A stretch of DNA of 64,000 nucleotides from Vicinamibacteria bacterium (GTDB taxonomy: Bacteria; Acidobacteriota; Vicinamibacteria; Fen-336): positions 892 through 64,891 of the forward strand of contig DATMML010000051.1 of assembly GCA_035570235.1 (NCBI GenBank), in the 5' to 3' direction. The notes beneath the pieces were generated by a model. It saw only the letters and a program-made list of their open reading frames with translations. It did not search any database and was not told where the DNA came from. Made by a program: the position numbers and the translations under genes. This document shows positions 53,604-62,066 of the stretch, one piece after another (positions within the stretch are counted from its first letter, which is position 1; every line of letters starts with the position of its first letter).

Positions 53604-54180
53604 CGCGATCCTGGCCGCGCTCCGGCGCAACGCCCCCGCCCCCGTCGAACTACCCGACCTGTCGGGGCTCGGGGCCAAGCCCGCGGACCCGGTCCGGCAG
53701 TTTGAGGAATCGCTGGCCGGCGTCGGAGGGGCCTGCCTGCGGGTTCCGGACCTCGCCGCCGCGGACGCTGCCCTGCGCGAGATTCCCTTCTACGCGGCCG
53801 CGCGCAAGGTGGTCTCGCTCGTTCCCGGGTTGGGACGGGCGGACCTCGACCTAGGGTCCATGCCCGACCCCCATGCCCTCCAGGACGTGGACGTGGCGGT
53901 CCTGCCCGGTGAGTTCGCGGTGGCCGAGAACGGGGCGGTCTGGCTCGAGGGTCGACGCCTTCACCACCGCGCCCTCTTCGTCATTACCGACCACCTCGTG
54001 TTGGTGGTGGGCGTGCGCGAGATCGTGGCCGACATGCACGAAGCCTACGCGCGGCTGGAGGGGCGGGAGCGCGCTTATGGCCTCTTCATCTCCGGCCCCT
54101 CCAAGACCGCCGACATCGAGCAGGCGCTCGTCATCGGCGCGCAGGGCGCGCGCAGCTGCACCGTCTTCCTGGTGGGCTGA
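53590..54180 (+). CDS. lutC: Lactate utilisation protein C (LUD domain)
   Basis: GTG start overlapping the lutB end. AVAENGAVWL...HLVLV... Confidence 0.8.
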   Translation: MDSRDAILAALRRNAPAPVELPDLSGLGAKPADPVRQFEESLAGVGGACLRVPDLAAADAALREIPFYAAARKVVSLVPGLGRADLDLGSMPDPHALQDVDVAVLPGEFAVAENGAVWLEGRRLHHRALFVITDHLVLVVGVREIVADMHEAYARLEGRERAYGLFISGPSKTADIEQALVIGAQGARSCTVFLVG

Positions 54181-54193
54181 CCCCCGAAGCCCC

Positions 54194-55993
54194 TCACTTA
54201 CCGGGCGCCATGGGAATGGCGCCCGTGAAGACGTAGGCCTGCAGCAAGGCGATCAGTCCAATCACCGCCGCTCCCGCGACCGAATGCCACCACACCGTCC
54301 GGAATATCGGCCCCAGCGCGTGGGCTCGCTCGTGGGGATCGTCGTAGCAGGCGGCGCAAGCCACCATGATGGACTGGGCATCGATCATCTTGCCCATGAC
54401 GCCCCCCGTGGAGTTGGTGGCCACGATCAGAACCTCGTTCAGGTGCAGTTGCTGGGCGGTGATCCGCTGGAGGCTACCGAACAGCGCGTTGGAGGCGGTG
54501 TCGGAGCCGGTGAGGAAGACGCCCAGCCAACCCAGGTAGGCGGCGAAGAAGGGGTACATCACTCCCGCGCCCGTGAAGGCAAGGCCGAGGACCGCGTCCG
54601 TGCCGGAGTAGCGCGTGAGGAACCCGAGGCCCAACACCTGGCCGATGACCAGGACCGGGACCTTCATCCGACGGGCGGTCCGGGTAACGGTCTCCTTCCA
54701 TTGGGCGGCGCTCAGCCTGAGGGCGAGGCCGGACAGGAGCGCGGCCACGAACACGCCCGTGCCCGCCGCGGACAGCCAGTTGATGGAGAAGCGTGCCGCC
54801 TCGGGCTTGGCGGTGGCGGCGACCACCGGCGGCATGCGCTGCACCAGGTTGTGCAACCACGGCATGTCCCAAACGGGCAGGGAGAGGGTGCCCGCAAACG
54901 GGGAGCCCAGGAGGGTGGTCTTGAAGGTGACGCCGGAAAAGAGGTTGTTGAGGTAGGCCTTCCAGGCCGGCATGCCCCAGATGGCACAGCACCCGATGAG
55001 GATCGCCCAGGGGAGCCAAGCGTAGGCCGTCTCCCCCGCGGTGTAGCGATACTTCGGGGAAGCATCTCCGCCCCCCGCCGCCGACACGGTCTGCGCCGCC
55101 TCCCGCTCCGACTTCAGGAGGAACCGGCTCTTGGGGTGCCAGACGAAGCGCAGGAAGAGGGCCGTGCAGACGACGGAGAAGACGCCGGAGACGACGTCCG
55201 TCATGAGGTGGGTCTCGGGCCTCCCGGAGGAGATGTACTGCATGAGAGCGAAGGATGCGCCCGAGCAGAGCGCTCCCGGCCACACCTCGAGCGCCTCTCC
55301 CCAGGTTCCCCCCTCCATCTTCACAAAAGTGGCCACGAGCCAGAAGGGGACCAGGATGGACACCCAGGGAAGCTGGTGGCCAGCCATGGTGGAGAGCGTG
55401 AGCTGATCGAGACCGCTGACCGCGGCCAAGGTCACGATGGGCGTGCCGATGGCCCCCCAGGCCACGGGGGCGGTGTTGGCGAGGAGGTTGAGCACGGCCG
55501 ACTGGAAGGGCTTGAACCCGAGGCCCACCATCACGGCCCCCGCGATGGCCACTGGGGTCCCGAAGCCCGACGTGCCCTCGATGATGGCGCCGAAGGAGAA
55601 GGCGATGAGAAGGACCTGGAGGCGCCGGTCGAACGAGATGTGAGTGATCGACTCCTTCACGATCTCGAACTTACCGGTAATGACGGTCATGGTGTAGAGG
55701 AACATGGCGGCCAGGACTATCCAGATGATTCCCAGGAAGCCCGAGAGCGTACCCAGGGCAAAGGCGGAGAAGGCGGAGGCCAGCGGCATCCCAAAGGCCA
55801 CGCAGGAGACGAGGAAGGCGGCGAGCACTCCAAAGAATGCCGCCTGGGGAGCGGCGATGCCGAGATGCCTCACCCCACCCTTGTCACGATGCGGATGCAG
55901 GGCGATGAAGTACAGCAGAACCACGATCGGAATCGCAGCCACGATGGTGGAGAGGAGGACGCTTCCCGTTGGGTTGTAGTTCTGGTGATACAT
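54194..55993 (-). CDS. lctP: L-lactate/glycolate permease (LctP family)
   Basis: 599 aa. N-terminus YNPTGSVLLSTIVAAIPIVVLLYF plus many further TM segments typical of the LctP/GlcA family. Confidence 0.9.
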   Translation of the reverse strand: MYHQNYNPTGSVLLSTIVAAIPIVVLLYFIALHPHRDKGGVRHLGIAAPQAAFFGVLAAFLVSCVAFGMPLASAFSAFALGTLSGFLGIIWIVLAAMFLYTMTVITGKFEIVKESITHISFDRRLQVLLIAFSFGAIIEGTSGFGTPVAIAGAVMVGLGFKPFQSAVLNLLANTAPVAWGAIGTPIVTLAAVSGLDQLTLSTMAGHQLPWVSILVPFWLVATFVKMEGGTWGEALEVWPGALCSGASFALMQYISSGRPETHLMTDVVSGVFSVVCTALFLRFVWHPKSRFLLKSEREAAQTVSAAGGGDASPKYRYTAGETAYAWLPWAILIGCCAIWGMPAWKAYLNNLFSGVTFKTTLLGSPFAGTLSLPVWDMPWLHNLVQRMPPVVAATAKPEAARFSINWLSAAGTGVFVAALLSGLALRLSAAQWKETVTRTARRMKVPVLVIGQVLGLGFLTRYSGTDAVLGLAFTGAGVMYPFFAAYLGWLGVFLTGSDTASNALFGSLQRITAQQLHLNEVLIVATNSTGGVMGKMIDAQSIMVACAACYDDPHERAHALGPIFRTVWWHSVAGAAVIGLIALLQAYVFTGAIPMAPGK

Positions 55994-56234
55994 AGGGCCT
56001 CAATTTGGTTTCAGGATCTCGGGGGGTTGCGTGATCAGGGTCCGTAACGGGGACGAGGGAGGGGCGCACGCGATCAGGCTGTGGTTGCGGAGGCCTGACC
56101 CGAGTGTCGGACCTGCACCCGATGAGGAGCGTGCCCACACCAGGGATCAGCCTCCGGGGAAATGGCCCAGGAAAATTCGGCGGATGATAGGCCCAGCCTG
56201 TGAAGGATGTCAACTCCGGGCTCCCGGGGGTAGT

Positions 56235-56330
56235 GGGTCTGTTTGAAGGGCCTTAATGCCCGGCGATGGAAGCGGGCGTCTCGGATCACGTCTGGACGCT
56301 GGCCGAAATCCGTGGCCTTGTTGGGCTAGG
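56235..56330 (+). mobile_element. Short remnant of the C-terminal tail of a DDE transposase
   Basis: ...LKGL(frameshift/stop)PAMEAGVSDHVWTLAEIRGLVG. I recall the ...TPAMAAG[VIL][ST]DHVWS[LI]xE[IL]... tail from IS transposases. No catalytic domain and no inverted repeats are present. Confidence 0.4.
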
Positions 56331-56367
56331 GCCTGTCGAACGCCAGTGTTCTGCTATCCTGTCCTGC

Positions 56368-56676
56368 ATGTCTCGCCCGATGCTTGGAGTGATCTGCGGC
56401 CTCGTCTACGGGGCGCTCTCTGCTGCTTCCATGATTCCGCTCAGTTTCCCTGACAAGCGGGCTGCGTTGTTGGGTGCGTTTATCAATCGCTTCTCCATTG
56501 GATGCGTAATCGGCGCGATCGCCCTGCCGTGGCCGGGATGGCTGAGCGGTTTGGTTGTCGGGGTATTGCTCAGTCTAGCAGACGCCATAATCACCAAATC
56601 CTATGCGCCCATCCTCATCCTCGGTGCCACCGGCGGCACTATCATCGGCTGGATAATCCAAAGATTCGGCCACTAA
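56368..56676 (+). CDS. Small hypothetical membrane protein (3 TM)
   Basis: MSRPMLGVICGLVYGALSAASMIPL... Its third-position G+C is clearly lower than in the flanking chromosome (att, ttt, gta, ata, caa, aga codons). Confidence 0.55.
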   Translation: MSRPMLGVICGLVYGALSAASMIPLSFPDKRAALLGAFINRFSIGCVIGAIALPWPGWLSGLVVGVLLSLADAIITKSYAPILILGATGGTIIGWIIQRFGH

Positions 56677-56849
56677 GACCCTACCCCTCGTTTGTAGGCT
56701 CTTGCTGACCAAACTGACCCCTACCCTCCCGGGCGGCTTCTTGCTTCTTCATGGGGCGGGAAGTGGAGCTTGACGCCCTCCTGACAATGGTGCTCTATTT
56801 CCAGGCCGGCCTGCCCGCAACGCTCGTCGGAAAGAACTGGGGAGGCGCC

Positions 56850-59156
56850 ATGATCCGTGAGGACATTCTCCAGAAGTTTCCCGACCTCTTCGGGACCAAG
56901 AGGATTAACGGCCGAGAGATCAACGTCGAGCAGACCATCGCCGCCATGACCCGAGAGCTGGGCCCCGGGATCGCCGCCGCTCTCAACGCGCGGCGCGCCC
57001 TGCTCCAGTCCCCCGCGCCCGCCCGCACGAAATATGCATGGCCGAAATGGCAGGACACGTTTGAAGATCCTGTGAGCAGCCAGGTCTGGACGTTCCGCCA
57101 GGTCCTCCAAGGCCTGATCGACAACATGCTCGGTCGGGAGAGCGAGTGGCGCTGGCGCCTCAACGATGAGGTGCCCATCCCGAAAGACGCCCACCCATTG
57201 ACGAATCCGGGCTTGGAGCTCACGGGGCCGTGGCATCCGCTGGACATGGCCTTCAACGCCCTGAACAGCCCTGCGCCCATGAACATGCCGGACTTTGAGG
57301 ACGCGGCACCCTCCCATTTTCAGCCCGAGGGCGCGCTCACCACCCAGGCGGTGGGCGTGTTCGCAGCCCTGCAGAACGCCAAGGAGATCTTCGAGGGCCG
57401 CTGGAACGACCGTGCGTATGAAGTCGTGAAGAGAGGCCAAAAGCGGGCCTACCGGATCAAGACGCCCCCGCAAGACTGGCCAACCCGGTTCGCTCGGCCT
57501 CCGGGCGTCCACGTGCGGTACGACCATTTGACGGTCGATGGCCAACCGGTGCCCGGCCTCATCGCCATCACCATCCTCTGGACGCTCAACTGCTTCGAGT
57601 CGCTGACCCGCGCCGGCACCGGGGTCTACTACTACATCCCCAAGATCCAAACTCCCGAGGAAGCCCTCATTGTGGAAAGGCTCTTGGCGGGGCTGGAGTC
57701 TGTGATCGGTGTGCGACCTGGCACCTTCAAGATCAAGGTTCTCTATGAGGAGGGCAATGCGGGCCGCTTCCTGCCCGTGATCGCCTGGGTCTTACGCCGC
57801 CGGCTCCTGGGAACGAATGTTGGCCGCTGGGACTACCTAGCCAGCCTCATCGAGATGTGGAAGGACGACCCGCGGGGCATCTTTCCAGATCCGCAAGCCA
57901 TCAGCATGGCCTCTCCGAACATGCTTGCCTACCAGCGGTACAACGCCTTGATGATGCTCATGGCCGGCATCAAGGAGGGCGAGCTCCGCCAGGGCGCGCC
58001 GATCGGGGGGATGGCGGCGGTCATGATCTATCAGGCGACCGATCCCTACGGCCGCTCGAGATACAACCCCCTGGCCCTGCGGGCGATGGCCATCGACAAG
58101 CTGCGAGAGCGCCTGTTGGGGCTTATGTTTGTGCCCGAGGAACCGCCTCCCACCGGCCAAACGCCCACCCTGGAGGACATTCTTGCCGCCCGCGTCAAGG
58201 GACGGCTCTACGATGCCTATCGACAGAGCTGGGTCGCGAGCCCCGAACCGGCCTACGTCGCCGCCGGCAACGAGCCTCTACGCGTCCCCTTGACCCGGCT
58301 GCAGACGATGATCGATGCCCCCCTCGAAACGGTGGAGGTGAAGGGCAAACCGGTGCCCACGGTCGCGAGCGGCCTCGGGGAGGCGGAGCGCCTCCTCCTC
58401 CAATCACGCGGCTTGTTGAACCCGCAAGCGAAAATCCTGCCCCGCGTCATCACGCGGGGCATGCTCGAAACGCCGGAAGGGCTCTTAACGCCAGAACTCT
58501 GGGACGCCATCTACGGGGCGCCGAAGGGGGACGTCACCGTTGAGCACATACAGCATGCTTTCTACATGGCCGCGAACTACGGCTTCCAGATCCTCAACGG
58601 CAACTTCGCGGCCGCGATCGATGACTACGAGCTCTCGCTGCGGTTCATGAATGACCTCGCCACGTACCGAATCGATGTGTCGTGGCTATGGACTCTCTTC
58701 CATCATCAGGCCGCCATCACCAGGGACGGCCACCTCAAGCGGCCGGCTCTCACCGAGGACGGAGTCGTACCGGCGGTGAACGCCTTCGAGATCAAGGCCG
58801 GAACCCGGTTCGGCCGGGAGTTGTTCGAGAAGTTGTGGGGCTGCCACCAGGAATGGACGCAAGCGTTCTTCGCGGAAATGGACCGCCGCGGCGATCCCGG
58901 CCGCTTTGATCGCTCAAAGGCCTCCCTGATCATGGAGATCCTGAAGCGACAGCTCCTTTCGCCCCGCTATATCCAGCACAGCGCACGGGTGCTCTTCGTG
59001 GTGGGTGAGGCGAGCAACCAGGAGCGCACGCCGATCCTGGAAGCGATCTTCGACCAGGCCCGCGAGGAGCTTGTCCGGCGCGCGTCCGCGGGCGCTCTCG
59101 GCAAGGCGGCCTTGGCCGCCCACGACTACGTGCATGACGTCTTTCCGAGCTCGTAG
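56850..59156 (+). CDS. Divergent, unusually long (768 aa) malate synthase-family protein
   Basis: RBS GGAGG then ATG 56850. Matches to malate synthase A motifs: LTGPWHP, MPDFEDAAP, RPPGVHVRYDHL, YYYIPKIQTPEEA, IKVLYEEGNAG, NVGRWDYLASLI, IGGMAAVMI, MNDLATYRIDVSWLW. Confidence 0.75.
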   Translation: MIREDILQKFPDLFGTKRINGREINVEQTIAAMTRELGPGIAAALNARRALLQSPAPARTKYAWPKWQDTFEDPVSSQVWTFRQVLQGLIDNMLGRESEWRWRLNDEVPIPKDAHPLTNPGLELTGPWHPLDMAFNALNSPAPMNMPDFEDAAPSHFQPEGALTTQAVGVFAALQNAKEIFEGRWNDRAYEVVKRGQKRAYRIKTPPQDWPTRFARPPGVHVRYDHLTVDGQPVPGLIAITILWTLNCFESLTRAGTGVYYYIPKIQTPEEALIVERLLAGLESVIGVRPGTFKIKVLYEEGNAGRFLPVIAWVLRRRLLGTNVGRWDYLASLIEMWKDDPRGIFPDPQAISMASPNMLAYQRYNALMMLMAGIKEGELRQGAPIGGMAAVMIYQATDPYGRSRYNPLALRAMAIDKLRERLLGLMFVPEEPPPTGQTPTLEDILAARVKGRLYDAYRQSWVASPEPAYVAAGNEPLRVPLTRLQTMIDAPLETVEVKGKPVPTVASGLGEAERLLLQSRGLLNPQAKILPRVITRGMLETPEGLLTPELWDAIYGAPKGDVTVEHIQHAFYMAANYGFQILNGNFAAAIDDYELSLRFMNDLATYRIDVSWLWTLFHHQAAITRDGHLKRPALTEDGVVPAVNAFEIKAGTRFGRELFEKLWGCHQEWTQAFFAEMDRRGDPGRFDRSKASLIMEILKRQLLSPRYIQHSARVLFVVGEASNQERTPILEAIFDQAREELVRRASAGALGKAALAAHDYVHDVFPSS

Positions 59157-59530
59157 GGAGTACAGCCCCCGACGCGTCCCCGCCTCTCCTTAGGACGGGG
59201 TCGTCAGACGGAAGGGCCGGGCTGTCGACCGGCGCGGGGCCACGATCCTGGCTCGATGTCCACCCGCGATGCATCCCCGCGGAGGGACGGTGGACTTCCG
59301 GACGTCCCCACGGTCAACGGACGCGGAAGGCGACTCCACGCTCCTCGGCACCCCCGCCGGTAAGCCCCCTGAGAGGGGCACGTTGTCCGGCAAACGCCAG
59401 AAGCCCAGTTGTGAAAGAGGGCCTTCGCGTACAGCACGGCCGGGCCATCAAGGCTTGGCAAGAGCGCCGGGCACGCCCGGGAGCGGCCTCGATCCAGGCG
59501 AGAGATCATGGCCGGTCGGAATTTTTCTTC

Positions 59531-59632
59531 TTGACAAAGCTCTGTCCCTTGGAGCATGGTCTGACCAGCAGACCACCAGTCCAAACGACAGCCACGGTAA
59601 CTACGTCTCGGAGAGGGAGTTACATGGCGCAC
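59531..59632 (+). promoter_or_regulatory. Promoter/operator/RBS module, copy A (TTGACA-N17-GCATGG, TGGTCTGACCA palindrome, GGAG RBS, ATG GCG CAC)
   Basis: Homologous along its full length to 63763-63872. Here the ATG (59624) opens only a 24-codon ORF. The porin gene starts 366 nt further downstream. Confidence 0.55.
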
Positions 59633-59997
59633 CAGGAAGGTCCAGGTCGGGGATGGTGCTCTCGCGGTCCCACCCGTCGTGACTTGTCGGGTCAGTAACC
59701 AAGAAGACCTGTGAGCACACCCCGACAGTGGGACCGCCGTCGGCCAGCCCCGCACGAGGCGGATCTGGGCGTTCGAGGGGACAGCGGAAGAGGACCTGCC
59801 GCCGGAGGGCGACGCTCACCACTGGGGACGCGAGCCGCTCGTCCCGCGTCGGCGCCGTGGTCGGCCACGCTCGCGCAGCTCTCCACCACCTGCATGTCCA
59901 ACCTCCTCAACCAAGTACTGTCCAGCGCCGGCACCGGACAGGATTAGGCCCGAACTCAGAGCGGAGTCAAGTTGGAAAGCCCTAAGGGGGAATAGCT

Positions 59998-61821
59998 ATG
60001 AATCTGAAGAGCAAGACAACAGCCTGCGCCTTTGTATTTGGTGCGATCGGTCTCGGAGGCGTGGCATTCGCCGAATCAGCGGCCGAAGCAAAAAAGGCCG
60101 ACACCGATGCCAAAGAAGCGGACGGCACGCAGGGCCAGGTTCAAGACCTCAGAGAGCAGATGAGTGCGATCATGTCCCGCGCTGCCTCCGCTCAGAGTAC
60201 TCAGGACGAGATCACGACGCTGAAAGCACAATTGAGCGTGATCATGGTGCGGCTTGAGGAGCTCTCCAGGCGGGAACAGGAGAAAGCGAAGCCGCCGGCC
60301 GACTCCAAGCCGCCAGCGGACTCTCCGAAGCCGGCGGCCGAAGCTGCGAAGAAGCCCGAGCCCGCTCCCGCCCCCGCCGCGAACCCGTTCAAGGGCTTCT
60401 ACGGCACCATGGATGTCTCGTTCGACGATACAACCAAGGGCATCGCAGGGATGGTCGCCACCCAATATGCGCTCGCCAATTTCCCCCCCGACCAGACCAC
60501 GCTCGTGTCCAGCGTTCACACACCTCCCGTCGGGTCGTTGGGATACATGCCGGCCCTGTCGACGAACAAGTCAAATTTCGGCTATCGCGGGGATCATTCC
60601 ATCGGCAAGGGCGAGACCAAGTTCGTCTTTCAGATCGAGGCGGCTCTCGCCATCACCGCGAGTCCGGGTCTGAACACCACATACGTCCAGCAAGCCAACG
60701 TCGTGAAGAGCGGCATCGGCTACGGCGATTCTTTTGTCGGCATATCCAACAAGGACTGGGGAGCGTTCAAGTTCGGGACGACCTACGCGCCCTACAAGAA
60801 GTCCACCGACCGACTGAATCCGTTCTCCGGCCTCCTGGGCGACTACACCGTGGTCATGGGCAACACCGGCGGCGACAACCGTGTCGAGTTTGGCACCCGT
60901 TTGGACCACTCGATCTGGTACGAGTCACCGAAGCTTGGCCCTGGGTTCTCTCTTGACGTGCTCTTTTCCCCCGGGCAGAACCGAACCGTTGACAACATCG
61001 TCCAATCCGCGGGCTCGCCCGACTGCAACGGCGGAAACGAGCCGGGCAGCGGAAACCTGCCGTTGAATTGCGACGACGGCGGGTTCAGTGACGGCTTCAG
61101 CGCGGCCCTCAAGTTCGACAATAGCGGGTTCTACGGGACGGTCGCGTACGAGCTCCATCACAACGTCAACCGCAACAGCGACGGTATCGGCTCGAACAAC
61201 TTCCAGTATCAGATCTTTGCCTTCAACAACCCGGATCTCGTCGTGAACGCCAATAACAACCCTCAGGGCTTGCCGCCCCAAGCCCTCGGCGGGTACATCA
61301 CCGACATCGGGGATGAGACCGCATTCAAGGTGGGCCTCCAGTATCGGTTCCCGTTCAAGCTGACGTTGGGGGGCATCTGGGAGCATATGCATAGAAATAT
61401 CCCTGCCTACCTGGCGTTTCAAAACGAACGAAGCCGCGACGGGGAATGGGTCGCTGCCACCCAGGAGATCGGCGAAAAAGGCAGCCTTAGCGTCGGATGG
61501 GCGCACGCGGGGAAGACGCCTGGCGATCCGGGCGGCCAGCACAACTACAACCCGCTCGTGGCGAGCCAGAGCGCGGCCGACATGTACACCGTCGCCTACA
61601 AACACAAGCTGGACAAGCAGTTCACCTTCTACCTGGACTGGGCTCTCACGGTCAACCACGGCAACGCGCATTACGACTTGGGCGCGGGCGGCCGGGGCCT
61701 GGTGACGGACTGCCATGACGGCACCAGCACCGCGTTCGTTGACTATTCCAGCAGCGGCCCCACAACTTGGGGCGGCTGTCGAATCCAGGGATTCTCGATC
61801 GGCATGAACTATCGGTTCTGA
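59998..61821 (+). CDS. Outer-membrane porin with an N-terminal coiled-coil and a Pro/Ala/Lys-rich linker
   Basis: Signal peptide ...GLGGVAFA. Heptad-like segment DLREQMSAIMSRAAS..ITTLKAQLSVIMVRLEELSRREQEKA. KPPADS tandem repeat. Beta-barrel with the Gram-negative porin pattern and terminal ...GFSIGMNYRF. Confidence 0.8.
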   Translation: MNLKSKTTACAFVFGAIGLGGVAFAESAAEAKKADTDAKEADGTQGQVQDLREQMSAIMSRAASAQSTQDEITTLKAQLSVIMVRLEELSRREQEKAKPPADSKPPADSPKPAAEAAKKPEPAPAPAANPFKGFYGTMDVSFDDTTKGIAGMVATQYALANFPPDQTTLVSSVHTPPVGSLGYMPALSTNKSNFGYRGDHSIGKGETKFVFQIEAALAITASPGLNTTYVQQANVVKSGIGYGDSFVGISNKDWGAFKFGTTYAPYKKSTDRLNPFSGLLGDYTVVMGNTGGDNRVEFGTRLDHSIWYESPKLGPGFSLDVLFSPGQNRTVDNIVQSAGSPDCNGGNEPGSGNLPLNCDDGGFSDGFSAALKFDNSGFYGTVAYELHHNVNRNSDGIGSNNFQYQIFAFNNPDLVVNANNNPQGLPPQALGGYITDIGDETAFKVGLQYRFPFKLTLGGIWEHMHRNIPAYLAFQNERSRDGEWVAATQEIGEKGSLSVGWAHAGKTPGDPGGQHNYNPLVASQSAADMYTVAYKHKLDKQFTFYLDWALTVNHGNAHYDLGAGGRGLVTDCHDGTSTAFVDYSSSGPTTWGGCRIQGFSIGMNYRF

Positions 61822-61833
61822 GACCCGAGCATT

Positions 61834-61864
61834 GCGCCGGCTGGATGTTTCGTCCAGCCGGCGC
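61834..61864 (+). terminator. Perfect 12-bp hairpin after the porin gene
   Basis: GCGCCGGCTGGA-tgtttcg-TCCAGCCGGCGC. There is no U tract, so intrinsic termination is uncertain. Confidence 0.5.
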
Positions 61865-61888
61865 GGATGATGCTCTGGTGGTTCGAGG

Positions 61889-61908
61889 GAAGGCGTTTGA
61901 AGGCGTTG
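61889..61908 (+). promoter_or_regulatory. Tandem 10-bp direct repeat GAAGGCGTTt GAAGGCGTTg upstream of the OFA transporter gene
   Basis: Read directly. The one-helical-turn spacing is typical of winged-helix response-regulator sites. Confidence 0.3.
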
Positions 61909-62066
61909 GCGGGCGGGGGCAAAAGCGGAGAAAACGGTCCGCGGAGTGGGAGCGTTGCCGCAGCCCGCTCGTGACCCTGTCGCGAGCCGTGAGCTTGCGG
62001 GCAGACCGGATGAGAAGAGCCAAGGCCCCCTTTTTGAGGCACGAAGGAGTCTAGGGAGGTGAAGAC

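Noticed and set aside
59160-59530. Search for a divergently transcribed GntR/FadR regulator or its remnant upstream of promoter copy A.
   Set aside because: I translated all three minus-strand frames by hand. There is no winged-HTH-like sequence and no long ORF with sensible composition.
59692-59895. 67-aa minus-strand ORF with an excellent RBS (GAGGAGG-6 nt-ATG at 59895) inside the long leader between promoter copy A and the porin gene.
   Set aside because: The product (MQVVESCASVADHGADAGRAARVPSGERRPP...) is Arg/Pro/Gly-rich with no recognisable fold or hydrophobic core. The RBS-like string may be coincidental. It is worth a look only if ribosome profiling becomes available.
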